Origin: Balanoglossus misakiensis
Lineage: Eukaryota > Animalia > Hemichordata
Length of the DNA: 64,000 nt
Assembly (NCBI GenBank): GCA_040954595.2
Contig: CM082588.2
Coordinates: 11,483,398 to 11,547,397 of the forward strand
Direction of reading: 5' to 3'
Part shown: positions 12,701 to 25,302 of the stretch, piece after piece
Numbering within the stretch: the first letter of the stretch is position 1
How the letters are laid out: every line of letters begins with the position of its first letter
The notes under the pieces: generated by a model
Database searches by the model: none
Told to the model about the DNA's origin: nothing
The model's input: the letters and a program-made list of their open reading frames with translations, nothing else
Program-made: the position numbers and the translations under genes

Positions 12701-15674
12701 AAAATGGCTATTTTTTCTTGAATTCCGTCAATATCTCTGCATTTTTGGAGTGGTCGAAAGTTTTAACATACAATCAACATGTCATATATGATCAGGGCAC
12801 CAAATTCGAAGAACAAAGGTTTTTTTATTTTTTTTTCTAAAAATGACATTTTCAAGGAAAATTTGGTAAAACGCAATTTTGTCTGCAGTAAGCAAATTAG
12901 ACGGTCTTTTGTTGAATTTGTATCGATATATACATACGAAGAGCATTCTATACTCCATCAGATTTCCGAAAATGTAGAAAACAGGTATTTTTTGTAATTT
13001 TCAAAAATTTACCATTTTGACCAAATTATGGCTAAAATTGTTATTTTCGTGTTGAATGCCGCCAGTGTCACTGCTTTAAAAAGTCATAAAAACTTTAAAA
13101 ATACAAGCAATTTTTTATATATGATCAGGTCACCGAATTAAAAAAAATAAAGAATGTTTTGCCTAAAAATGACCTTTTTGGTGCAAAAACGAATAAAACG
13201 CAATTTTGTATTAAATCAGCTCATTCAGAGTGCATTTTTATAATCAGCACCATTTTTACATATAATGGAAATTTCATACATCATCAGATATCCAAATATG
13301 AAAAAATGATTTAGATTTTAGATGATTGTCCAAAATTAGCTGATATCTAATAAATGTAGTATTGAACCATTCTGTTCCCCCCCCCCCCTACATTATATGC
13401 GGTACGCCGATGTCAGCTTACGCGGCAGTACTGCAGGCTGTGCCCCCAACTAACGTCGGTGTTTGAAACGCCCTGGTTCAATTCGGGCTTTCTCTATAAA
13501 TTGACAGGCAATAATGCAGTACTACCCGAACAAATGTCGAGTGTTGACCCGCTGTGACTTTCCCTCTTCGGTTTACCCGACTTAGCCAACGTCTTTGTAC
13601 TAGAGTGTCGGGTCTTTTGCAGAGCCAGGCCGAAGGAAATCCGACTTGATCACCGTTGCTAACGAACGCTAGTGTCTGTCATGGTGTGCCGGGGTTTTAG
13701 TCGAGCCAGGCCGTTGGAGATCTGACTTGATCATCGTGGTCAATGTACGCGTGTTTCCGCTCTAAAGTGCCGGGGCTTCAGCTAAACCAGGCCGTAGGAA
13801 ATCCGACGTAATCACCGTTGATAACTTACGCCAGTCTGTGTCATATAGAGCCGGTGCACCAGCCGAGTCACGCCGTAGGAAATCTGACTTGATCAACGTG
13901 GTCAATGTACGCCTGTTTCTACTCTAGAGTGCCGGGGCTTCAGCTGACCCAGGCCGTAGGAAACCCGACGTGATTACCTTTGTTAACTTACGCCAGTCTG
14001 TGTCCTATATATAGTGCCGGGGCATCAGCCGTGCCAGGCCGAAGGAAATGTGAGAAGATCAACGTGGTCTCTGTACGCGTGTTTCTGCTCTAGAGTGCCA
14101 GGGCTTTAGCCAAGCCATGCCGTAGGAAAGCTGACATGATCAACGTTGCTAACGTACGCTAGTGTCTGTCATATTGTGACGGAGATTTAGCCGAGCCAGG
14201 CCGTAGAAAAATCGACTTGTTCAACGTTACCAGTGTGCAACTGTTTCTGCTCTAGAGTGTCAGGGTTTTAGCCGACTTATGCTGTATGAAATCTGAGTTT
14301 ATGAACGGGAATTCAATGTTAGAAAACCCGTGTGGAAAGTATCTCCACCCGTTTGAAACTAAGAAAAGAATTTATTCTTATTTATTTTGTAAAAAAGACA
14401 ATTTTTCGAAAAAAAGTCGAAAATGGTAATTTTGTCTTGGGTGATTCAAATTATACCGCCTTTTCTGGAATTTGCAGCACTTTTTACAAGAGAACGACAC
14501 TTCATGCTCCATAATATTTCCTAAAATGAAGAAAAGAGTTAATTTTTTATGATCTTTTAAAAAATTACCATTTTTGTCAAAATATGGCCAAAATGGCTAT
14601 TTTTTCTTGAATTCCGTCAATATCTCTGCATTTTTGGAGTGGTCGAAAGTTTTAACATACAATCAACATGTCATATATGATCAGGGCACCAAATTCGAAG
14701 AACAAAGGTTTTTGTATTTTTTTTCTAAAAATGACATTTTCAAGGACAATTTGGTAAAAGGCAATTTTGTCTGCAGTGAGCCAAATTAGACGGTCTTTTG
14801 TGGAATTTGTATCGATATATACATACGACGAGCATTCTATACTCCATCAGATTTCCGAAAATGTAGAAAACAGGTATTTTTTTGTAATTTTCAAAAATTT
14901 ACCATTTTGACCAAATTGTGGCTAAAATTGTTATTTTCGTGTTGAATGCCGCCAGTGTCACTGCTTTTAAAAGTCATAAAAACTTTTAACATACAAGCAA
15001 TTCTTTATATATGATCAGGTCACCGAATTAAAAAAATAAAGAATGTTTTGCCTAAAAATGACCTTTTAGGTGCAAAAACGAATAAAACGTAATTTTGTAT
15101 TAAATCAGCTCATTCAGATTGCATTTTATATAATCAGCACCATTTTTACATATAATGGAAATTTCATACATCATCAGATATCCAAATATGAAAAAATGAT
15201 TTAGATTTTAGATGATTGTCCAAAATTAGCTGATATCTAATAAATGTAGTATTGAACCGTTCTGTTCCCCCCCCCCCCCCTACATTATATGCGGTACGCC
15301 GATGTCAGCTTACCCGGCAGTACTGCAGGCCGTGCCCCCAACTAACGTCGGTGTTTGAAACGCCCTGGTTAAATTCGGGCTTTCTCTATAAATTGACAGG
15401 CAATAATGCAGTCCTACCCGAACAAATGTCGAGTGTTGACCCCCTGTGACTTTCCCTCTTCGGTTTGCCCGACTTAGCCAACGTCTTTGTACTAGAGTGT
15501 CGGGTCTTTTGCAGAGCCAGGCCGAAGGAAATCCGACTTGATCAACGTTGCTAACGAACGCTAGTGTCTGTCATAGTGTGCCGGGGTTTTAGTCGAGCCA
15601 AGCCGTAGGAGATCTGACTTGATCATCGTGGTCAATGTACGCGTGTTTCCGCTCTAAAGTGCCGGGGCTTCAGC

Positions 15675-15981
15675 TATCGGAGATGCTAAAAACTCTGACC
15701 ATGAGTCATTTTGAGGATCACAGCTCGGATACTTTGAGCCAATCAGAGCTGAGTATTTTAGCCCAATCAGAGGCCTAGTTAATCACCCAATGACATCTTT
15801 CCCGCCAAAACAAAATTTGCTACTTTTTTGGCTGGCGTTTTGTGCTCGTGAAATCACTTCTTGAGTGTCCTTTAATAAAAGCTGTTTAAAGGTTGTACAG
15901 CTGCGTCCCGCTCCTGTAATTTCCCCTGCCATCCCCCAGAACCTTGTTCATAAATCCACCCCAGACGTAAAGTACGTCACA
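15675..15981 (+). repeat. BEL/Pao 5' LTR (307 bp)
   Basis: Ends GTCACA just before the PBS and matches 19429-19694. Has two GCCAATCAGAG-type CCAAT boxes and AATAAA at 15874. Starts TAT rather than TGT. Confidence 0.9.
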
Positions 15982-15985
15982 TTTT

Positions 15986-16004
15986 TGGTGCCGAGACCAG
16001 GATT
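15986..16004 (+). other. Primer binding site, tRNA-His-like
   Basis: TGGTGCCGAGACCAGGATT is 1 mismatch from the complement of an invertebrate tRNA-His 3' end (TGGTGCCGTGACCAGGATT). tRNA-Phe is a weaker alternative. Confidence 0.7.
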
Positions 16005-16016
16005 TTCCGGTAATGA

Positions 16017-19000
16017 TGGCAGAACCAGAGGAACAGGAGCACCCAGCACCCGCTCAGGCTTCTCAACAAAGCAGAGGATATCATCTCATCATTTGAAGAG
16101 AACGATGACAAGATCGAAGCTCTCGATACCCTCATCACCACGCGCGAACTGATAAACGCGAAATACGACATTCTCGCATCCCTAGACTTGAAGATCATCG
16201 AATCCGTTGACGAAGGCGACCTCGAAGGCGTGATCGAGGAAACCGACGACTACTTGCATCAAGTTTTCGATAGCAAGCTCAAGATCGGCCGATTCATCGA
16301 CAGAAATTCGCGAGCGACATCGCCCGACCGATCTTCCCACGAAGAAATCACTTCCGCGGCACCCTCCATTCAAAGGAAAACTACAAGTTTGCCGAAACTT
16401 CAGCTACCCGTCTTTTCGGGTGACATTCTCAAATGGGTCAGTTTCCACGACGCGTTCAAATCCGCTGTCCACGACGACAAGAATCTGGGTGACGTCCAGA
16501 AATTCCAATACTTACGCGCACAGCTTCAAGGCGAAGCCGCTCGATCGATCGAAGGTCTGTCATTGACAAGTTCGAACTACGCACACGCGCTTCAACTTCT
16601 CACCGAACGTTATGGCAAAACACACAAGATTATAAGCGCCTACATGAAATCGCTGTGGGACATGCCGAGTCCAGAAGGCGAACTCAGCAGTCTACGAAAC
16701 TTCTACGACACTCTAGAGAGTAATATTCGCGGTCTCCAATCTCTCGGTAAAAGCGAAGACGCGTACGGAGATATACTTGTACCCATAGTCTTGGAAAAAC
16801 TTCCCGGTAACACTCGCAAACAAATCGCACGAGAACACGGTAATAATGAATGGAAACTCGGCGACCTACGAAAGGCAATTCTCAAAGAAATCGACGCTCA
16901 TCAAGCTGGCCTCTCCACCGCTGAATCCGACAGCGATTCTACATACGACGAATGCAAGCCGTCGATGACCGCCGCGTTTCACACTAGATCCGCAACCCGT
17001 TTCGCTAGGGTGAATAAACCGAAATCGTGTGCGTTTTGCAAAGGGCAACATTTTGCCAATGAATGCACAACCATTACCGATAAGAAGAAACGTCTTGACA
17101 TCGTCAAACGCGACAAACTCTGTTTTAACTGCCTCGGCAGGCATCGAGTACACGATTGCAAATCGAGATTCAGTTGCCGTTCATGCAACAGAAAGCATCA
17201 TACCTCGCTTCATACTGATCGAGCTTCGGACAGTTCGAAAACCCCGACGGAAGACGCGCGCACTCCTTCCGCTACACACGTTCAGTTCGCCCGTACTGAG
17301 AACTCGAGTCGCGAGAAAGCGAGAAACGGACCAATTCTCCTGAAAACCGCGGTCGTTCCAGTCTCTACGAAATTTCAAACGACAATTGACGCCACAGTGT
17401 TATTCGACGAAGGCGCGACGCGTTCATTCGTGACCAAAGATTTCGCGACAAGACTCGGTTTAGAACCGACCGGTACCGAGGTCATTAGACTGACTTCCTT
17501 CGGTGACAAATATCCGCGACAAAGATCGATCAATGCAGCGACCATTGCATTGCACACGCTTTCCGGCGAAAAGAAAGAGATAAACGTTCTCATCATTCCG
17601 CAGATTTCGACGCGAATGAAAAACTTTGTCAAGCAATCAGTTGCTGACTTGCCTCACCTACGCGGAGTAAACTTTGCTTACCCGGTATCGAACACCGATT
17701 CGGTCGAGATTTCCGTGTTAATAGGCGCAGACTACTATTGGGATTTTGTCGAAGATCGAGTTATTCGTGGCCCAGGCCCAACCGCTGTACGCTCGAAATT
17801 CGGTTACATACTGTCCGGTCCCGTTCACAAGACAAATTCGTCTGATAGCGATGCGACGATTTTTCATGTTCTCTCAAACACGCACGACGAAGAGATTCAA
17901 CTCCAAAATTATTGGAACCTCGAGACAATCGGTATTCAAGACGATTCGCAATCTGCTGCTATGGATAACAATACCTTTGAAGATTACAGAGACACACATT
18001 TGCGCATCGAAAATGGCACATATATCGCGAAGTTGCCATGGAAGTCCAACCACCCGCCACTACCCACTAACTACGGGGTCACTGATAATCGCACGCGTTC
18101 TATGGTGCGTAGGCTTTCACCGGACATTCTGAAAGCGTATGACAAAATCATTTCTGATCAGGAATCGCGAGATTTCATCGAAGAAGTACCAGGCGACATG
18201 GATACGCGCCGCACCGGTCACTACTTGCCCCATCGCCCCATGAAAAAAGATTCAACCACTACGCCAATCAGAATCGTGTATGATTGTAGTTGCAGGCAAT
18301 CTACCGACACACCGAGTTTGAATGACTGCTTACAAACCGGCCCACCTCTGCTCAACGACCTCACACAAATTCTACTTCGGTTTCGCGCAAACCGCTTTGC
18401 CTTTACGAGTGACATAGAAAAGGATTTTCTACATGTTCGACTTGACGAAAGCGATCGTCAATTTACGAATTTTTTGTGGTTGTCTGATCCGACAGACCCG
18501 GAAAGCGACTTCAAAACATATCGCTTCAAAGTAGTTCTATTCGGTGCAGTTTGCTCGCCATTCATTTTAAACGCAGTCGTGAAAACCCCTCTCGAGTCCG
18601 CTCAATCCACGCCAACTTCCATCGATCTCAAAAATAATATCTACGTTGACAACATACTTAGCGGAGCTGATAGCCCGGGCGAAGCAGTTGGCTACTACAG
18701 AGAGTCAAACCGTCTGTTAGAATCTTGCGGATTCAATCTACGAAGTTGGTCGAGTAACTGTGAAGATGTTCGCGCACTTGCTGCAAAGGATGATAAACTC
18801 GAACGCGCTACTGACGTGAACACACTAGGACTTCGCTGGTTAACCGAAACCGACGAACTCGCCTACGCGAAGAAGAATCTCCAAATACCGGACAATCTCA
18901 CTACGAAACGTGAAGTGGTTCGAACCACTGCCAGCTTATACGACCCCCTGGGGTATCTTTCGCCAGTTCTCATTAAGGCGAAACTGTTCATACAGCAACT

Positions 19001-19428
19001 GTGGATAAAAGGTCTCGCCTGGGACGAACCGCTAGAAAACGAACTCAATAAAGAGTGGACAGACATCGCAAGAGAAATACGCGAAACGACCACAGTGAAA
19101 CTCAATCGCCGATATTTTGACAACTCGCCTGTCAATCAAAACTATCAGCTCCACGTGTTCGCCGACTCGAGCATGAAGCTTAGGCCTATGGAGCCGTCGC
19201 CTACTTACGACATGCCAATCAAACCGCGCTTTTCATGGCAAAGAATCGCGTGGCACCTCTCAAAGAGTTCACTCTCCCGCGCCTCGAACTGATGGCCGCC
19301 TTGATCGGTGCAAGGCTGTTGCAATTCGTCTCAAACTCCCTACAAGGCAAAATTCGCATCACAGAGAAAATTCTGTGGTCTGATAGTCAAATAGTCCTAC
19401 ATTGGTTGAACAGCGACAAGAAACTTCC
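16017..19428 (+). pseudogene. gag-pol: BEL/Pao gag-pol (DUF1759-type Gag, 3 Zn knuckles, protease, RT, partial RNase H), frameshifted and truncated
   Basis: Motifs LPKLQLPVFSGD; CAFCKGQHFANEC, CFNCLGRHRVHDC, CRSCNRKHHTSLH; LFDEGA; YVDN; LHVFADSS. The frame is open from 16017, has a 5-nt insertion at 19179-19183, and runs into the LTR at 19429. Confidence 0.92.
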
Positions 19429-19694
19429 GATCACAGCTCGGATACTTTGAGCCAATCAGAGCTGAGTATTTTAGCCCAATCAGAGGCCTAGTTAATCACC
19501 AAATGACATCTTTCCCGCCAAAACAAAATTTGCTACTTTTTTGGCTGGCGTTTTGTGCTTGTGAAATCACTTCTTGAGTGACCTTCAATAAAAGCTGTTT
19601 AAAGGTTGTACAGCTGCGTCCCGCTCCTGTAATTTCCCCTGCCATCCCCCAGAACCTTGTTCATAAATCCACCCCAGACGTAAAGTACGTCACA
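19429..19694 (+). repeat. BEL/Pao 3' LTR, missing its first 41 bp
   Basis: Matches 15716-15981 with about 4 substitutions; ends GTCACA followed by the TSD. Confidence 0.92.
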
Positions 19695-22600
19695 TCAGCT
19701 AAACCAGGCCGTAGGAAATCCGACGTAATCACCGTTGATAACTTACGCCAGTCTGTGTCATATAGAGCCGGTGCACCAGCCGAGTCACGCCGTAGGAAAT
19801 CTGACTTGATCAACGTGGTCAATGTACGCCTGTTTCTGCTCTAGAGTGCCGGGGCTTCAGCTGAGCCAGGCCGTAGGAAACCCGACGTGATTACCGTTGT
19901 TAACTTACGCCAGTCTGTGTCCTATATATAGTGCCGGGGCATCAGCCGTGCCAGGCCGAAGGAAATGTGAGTAGATCAACGACGTCTCTGTACGCGTGTT
20001 TCTGCTCTAGAGTGCCAGGGCTTTAGCCAAGCCATGCCGTAGGAAATCTGACTTGATCAACGTGGTCTCTGTACGCGTGTTTCTGCTCTAGAGTGCCGTG
20101 GCTTTATCCAAGCCATGCCGCAGAAAATCTGACTTGATCACCGTTGCTAACGTACGCTAGTGTCTGTCATATTGTGACGGAGATTTAGCCGAGCCAGGCC
20201 GTAGAAATATCGACTTGTTCAACGTTACCAGTGTGCAACTGTTTCTGCTCTAGAGTATCAGGGTTTTAGCCGACTTATGCTGTAGGAAATTTGAGTTGAT
20301 GAACGGGAATTCAATGTTAGAAAACCCGTGTGGAAAGTATCTCTACCCGTTTGAAACTAAGAAAAGAATTTATTCTTATTTATTTTGTAAAAAAGACAAT
20401 TTTTTCGAAAACAAGTCGAAAATGGTAATTTTGTCTTGGTTGATTCAAATTATACCGCCTTTTCTGGAATTTGCATCACTTTTTACAAGAGAACGACACT
20501 TCATGCTCCATAATATTTCCGAAAATGAAGAAAAGAGTTAATTTTTTATGATTTTTTAAAAATTTACCATTTTTGTCAAAATATGGCCAAAATGGCTATT
20601 TTTCTTGAATTCTGTCAATATCTCTGCATTTTTGGAGTGGTCGAGAGTTTTAACATACAATCAACATGTCATATATGATCAGGGCACCAAATTCGAAGAA
20701 CAAAGGTTTTTTTTATTTTTTTTTTCTAAAAATGACATTTTCAAGCAAAATTTGATAACATGCAATTTTGTCTGCAGTGAGCCAAATTAGACGGTCATTT
20801 GTGGAATTTGTATCGATATATACATACGAAGAGCATTCTATACTCCATCAGATTTCCGAAAATGTAAAAAACAGGTATTTTTTGTAATTTTCAAAAATTT
20901 ACTATTTTGACCAAATTGTGGCTAAAATTATTATTTTCGTGTTGAATGCCGCCAGTGTCACTGCTTTTAAAAGTCATTAAAACGTTTAACATACAAGCAA
21001 TTTTTTATATATGATCAGGTCACCGAATTAAAAAAAAAGAATGTTTGGCCTAAAAATGACCTTTTTGGTGCAAAAACGAATAAAACGCAATTTTGTATTA
21101 AATCAGCTCATTCAGAGTGCATTTTTTATAATCAGCACCATTTTTACATATAATGGAAATTTCATACATCATCAGATATCCAAATATGAAAAAATGATTT
21201 AGATTTTAGATGATTGTCCAAAATTAGCTGATATCTAATAAATGTAGTATTGAACCGTTCTGTCCCCCCCCCCCCCTACATTATATGCGGTACGCCGATG
21301 TCAGCTTACCCGGCAGTACTGCAGGCCGTGCCCCCAACTAACGTCGGTGTTTGAAACGCCCTGGTTAAATTCGGGCTTTCTCTATAAATTGACAGGCAAT
21401 AATGCAGTCCTACCCTAACAAATGTCGAGTGTTGACCCGCTGTGACTTTCCTTCTTCGGTTTGCCCGACTTAGCCAACGTCTTTGTACTAGTGTCGGGTC
21501 TTTTGCAGAGCCAGGCCGAAGGAAATCCGACTTGATCACCGTTGCTAACGAACGCTAGTGTCTGTCATGGTGTGCCGGGGTTTTAGTCGAGCCAGGCCAT
21601 AGGAGATCTGACTTGATCATCGTGGTCAATGTACGCGTGTTTCCGCTCTAAAGTGCCGGGGTTTCAGCTAAACCAGGCCGTAGGAAATCTGACGTAATCA
21701 CCGTTGATAACTTACGCCAGTGTGTGTCATATAGAGCCGGTGCACCAGCCGAGTCACGCCGTAGGAAATCTGACTTGATCATCGTGGTCAATGTACGCCT
21801 GTTTCTGCTCTAGAGTGCCGGGGCTTCAGCTGAGCCAGGCCGTAGGAAACCCGGCGTGATTACCGTTGTTAACTTACGCCAGTCTGTGTCCTATATATAG
21901 TGCCGGGGCATCAGCCGTGCCAGGCCGAAGGAAATGTGAGTAGATCAACGTGGTCTCTGTACGCGTGTTTCTGCTCTAGAGTGTCAGGGCTTTAGCCAAG
22001 CCATGCCGTAGGAAATCTGACTTGATCAACGTTGCTAGCGAACGCTAGTGTCTGTCATAGCGTGCCGGGGTTTTAGTCGGGCCAAGCCGTAGGAGATCAG
22101 ACTTGATCAACGTGGTCTCTGTACGCGTGTTTCTGCTCTAGAGTGCCGGGGCTTTATCCAAGCCATGCCGTAGAAAATCTGACTTGATCACCGTTGATAA
22201 CTTACGCCAGTCTGTGTCCTATATATAGTGCCGGGGCATCAGCCGTGCCAGGCCGAAGGAAATGTGAGTAGATCAACGTGGTCTCTGTACGCGTGTTTCT
22301 GCTCTAGAGTGCCAGGGCTTTAGCCAAGCCATGCCGTAGGAAATCTGACTTGATCAAGGTTGCTAACGAACGCTATTGTCTGTCATAGTGTGCCGGGGTT
22401 TTAGTCGAGCCAAGCCGTAGGAGATCAGACTTGATCAACGTGGTCTCCGTACACGTTTTTCTGCTCTAGAGTGCCGGGGCTTTATTCAAGCCATGCCGTA
22501 AGAAATCTGACTTGATCACCGTTGCTAACGTACGCTAGTGTCTGTCATATTGTGACGGAGATTTAGCCAAGCCAGGCCGTAAAAAAATCGACTTGTTCAA

Positions 22601-24275
22601 CGTTACCAGTGTGCAACTGTTTCTGCTCTAGAGTGTCAGGGTTTTAGCCGACTTATGCTGTAGGAAATCTGAGTTGATGAACGGGAATTCAATGTTAGAA
22701 AACCCGTGTGGAATGTATCTCTACCCGTTTGAAACTAAGAAAAGAATTTATTCTTATTTATTTTGTAAAAAAGACAATTTTTCGAAAAAAAGTCGAAAAT
22801 GGTAATTTTGTCTTGGGTGATTCAAATTATACCACCTTTTCTGGAATTTGCAGCACTTTTTACAAGAGAACGACACTTCATGCTCCATAATATTTCCGAA
22901 AATGAAGAAAAGAGTTAATTTTTTATGATTTTTTAAAAATTTACCATTTTTGTCAAAATATGGCCAAAATGGCTATTTTTTCTTGAATTCCGTCAATATC
23001 TCTGCATTTTTGGAGTGGTCAAAAGTTTTAACATACAATCAACATGTCATATATGATCGGGGCACCAAATTCGAAGAACAAAGGTTTTTTTATTTTTTTT
23101 TTCTAAAAATGACATTTTCAAGGAAAATTTGGTAAAACGCAATTTTGTCTGCAGTGAGCCAAATTAGACGGTCTTTTGTGGAATTTGTATCGATATATAC
23201 ATACGAAGAGCATTCTATACTCCATCAGATTTCCGAAAATGTAGAAAACAGGTATTTTTTTGTAATTTTGAAAAATTTTCCATTTTGACCAAATTGTGGC
23301 TAAAATTGTTATTTTCGTGTTGAATGCCGCCAGTGTCACTGCTTTTAAAAGTCATAAAAACTTTTAACATACAAGCAATTCTTTATATATGATCAGGTCA
23401 CCGAATTAAAAAAAATAAAGAATGTTTTGCCTAAAAATGACCTTTTAGGTGCAAAAACGAATAAAACGTAATTTTGTATTAAATCAGCTCATTCAGAGTG
23501 CATTTTTTATAATCAGAACCATTTTTACATAAATTGGAAATTTCATACATCATCAGATATCCAAATATGAAAAAATGATTTAGATTTTAGATGATTGTCC
23601 AAAATTAGCTGATATCTAATAAATGTAGTATTGAACCGTTCTGTTTCCCCCCCCCCCCTTACATTATATGCGGTACGCCGATGTCAGCTTACCCGGCAGT
23701 ACTGCAGGCCGTGCCCCCAACTAACGTTGGTGTTTGAAACGCCCTGGTTAAATTCGGGCTTTCTCTATAAATTGACAGGCAATAATGCAGTCCTACCCGA
23801 ACAAATGTCGAGTGTTGACCCGCTGTGACTTTCCCTCTTCGGTTTGCCCGACTTAGCCAACGTCTTTGTACTAGAGTGTCGGGTCTTTTGCAGAGCCAGG
23901 CCGAAGGAAATCCGACTTGATCACCGTTGCTAACGAACGCTAGTGTCTGTCATGGTGTGCCGGGGTTTTAGTCGAGCCAGACAGAAGGAGATCTGACTTG
24001 ATCATCGTGGTCAATGTACGCGTGTTTCCGCTCTTAAGTGCCGGGGCTTCAGCTAAACCAGGCCGTAGGAAATCCGACGTAATCACCGTTGATAACTTAC
24101 GCCAGTCTGTGTCATATAGAGCCGGTGCACCAGCCGAGTCACGCCGTAGGAAATCTGACTTGATCAACGTGGTCAATGTTTCTGCTCTAGAGTGCCGGGA
24201 CTTCAGCTGAGCCAGGCCGTAGGAAACCTGACGTGATTACCGTTGTCAACTTACGCCAGTCTGTGTCCTATATAT
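19695..24275 (+). repeat. Composite macrosatellite array, segment 2
   Basis: Resumes in register after the TSD; unit anchors at 20330 and 22708. Confidence 0.97.
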
Positions 24276-24778
24276 TGTGACGGAAACCCAGGCGTTCCGC
24301 CTATTGAAAACCGGTAGCGCAGACGGACCCGCTCGAGCCTCTCACAAACAGCGCTGTCTTCACACGCGGCGGTAGGAACTCGCCGGAAAGCAAGCGTCTC
24401 GTCGAAGAAATCTGCCCACACCGAGCAGCTGAGGTAAACACGTCTCAGATCTCGCGATCGGTGACCCGGGGCCGGCTATCCGGGAGGGATAAAACAGGAC
24501 TAAACAGGAAAAGTCGCCCAGGGCCGAAACCGGGGTTCCTTCCTCAACAGATCCACGCCAAAACTCTCCAAAACAACATGGTTGCAGGCTAAAAACGAGG
24601 CTAAACATGTGACCCAGAACGCACTTCTAATTGGTGTAGATACACCAAGGGCAAGATGGGGAAACCCTTCCATCCTTGTCAATCATACAAGACAGCCCAA
24701 AACGGTCACCACGACAGTGAAGCCATAGAAAAACACCATGCCAAATAATAAATCACATGGAATAGCAATTCCATAACA
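24276..24778 (-). repeat. Gypsy A 3' LTR (503 bp)
   Basis: Matches 31542-32044. Preceded on the minus strand by the PPT GGTTGGGGGAGT (24779-24790). Confidence 0.95.
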
Positions 24779-25302
24779 ACTCCCCCAACCTCGGCTTCGA
24801 AGTCCCTTGAGAACAGGAATAACTAAAATATAGGAAAGAAGGAAGAAAGGGGAATAACCAGCCCTGAACCAATCCGATCAGGGAAAACTTGCAATAACTG
24901 CAAGGTCCCAACTGTCTGTCAACAACATAAACCGTCGTCGTAGTAACACAACCAAAAACCGCTGCCATGTGCTAAATGCACACCTGTCATCGTCTTATGT
25001 TAAGTCCAAGCAGCTAAACAACTAACCTGCTAATCTGTCATAGGTCCTACCTACCTACAAACAAGTTGCATGTATACAACCCCTGCAACTAACACAGAAA
25101 ACACTATAACACTAGCAAAAGTCATAGCAAAAATCTGTCGAACAATCAGTAAATAGCATTTACTTTGTCAAACTCTAACTACTGAAAATCCTCATCTCAG
25201 AACAAGCACAAATCTTACTCTATAGTGAAAAAATGGCTCAGAAAAACACTGAAAACTTCAGAAAAATCTGGTATCAAAAACCACTCAAAGCTCAAGAAAA
25301 CT

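Larger units (their letters stand above)
1318..15674 (+). repeat. Composite macrosatellite array, segment 1 (~1.7-2.05 kb units)
   Basis: Anchor GTGG(A/C)AAGTATCTC at 2865, 4600, 6491, 8537, 10554, 12442 and 14332. Each unit is an AT-rich block, a C-run, a linker and 81-bp monomers. Confidence 0.97.
15675..19694 (+). mobile_element. BEL/Pao LTR retrotransposon, internally deleted (no integrase)
   Basis: 5-bp TSD TCAGC (15670-15674 / 19695-19699; a 6-bp TCAGCT reading is also possible), paired LTRs, PBS and a gag-pol ORF with Pao-type domains. Confidence 0.95.

Noticed and set aside
23940-24210. 81-bp (27-codon) monomers as a repeat-protein exon
   Set aside because: Recurrent stops (e.g. in CTCTAGAG on both strands), frame-breaking 85-bp variants, and no recognisable domain.
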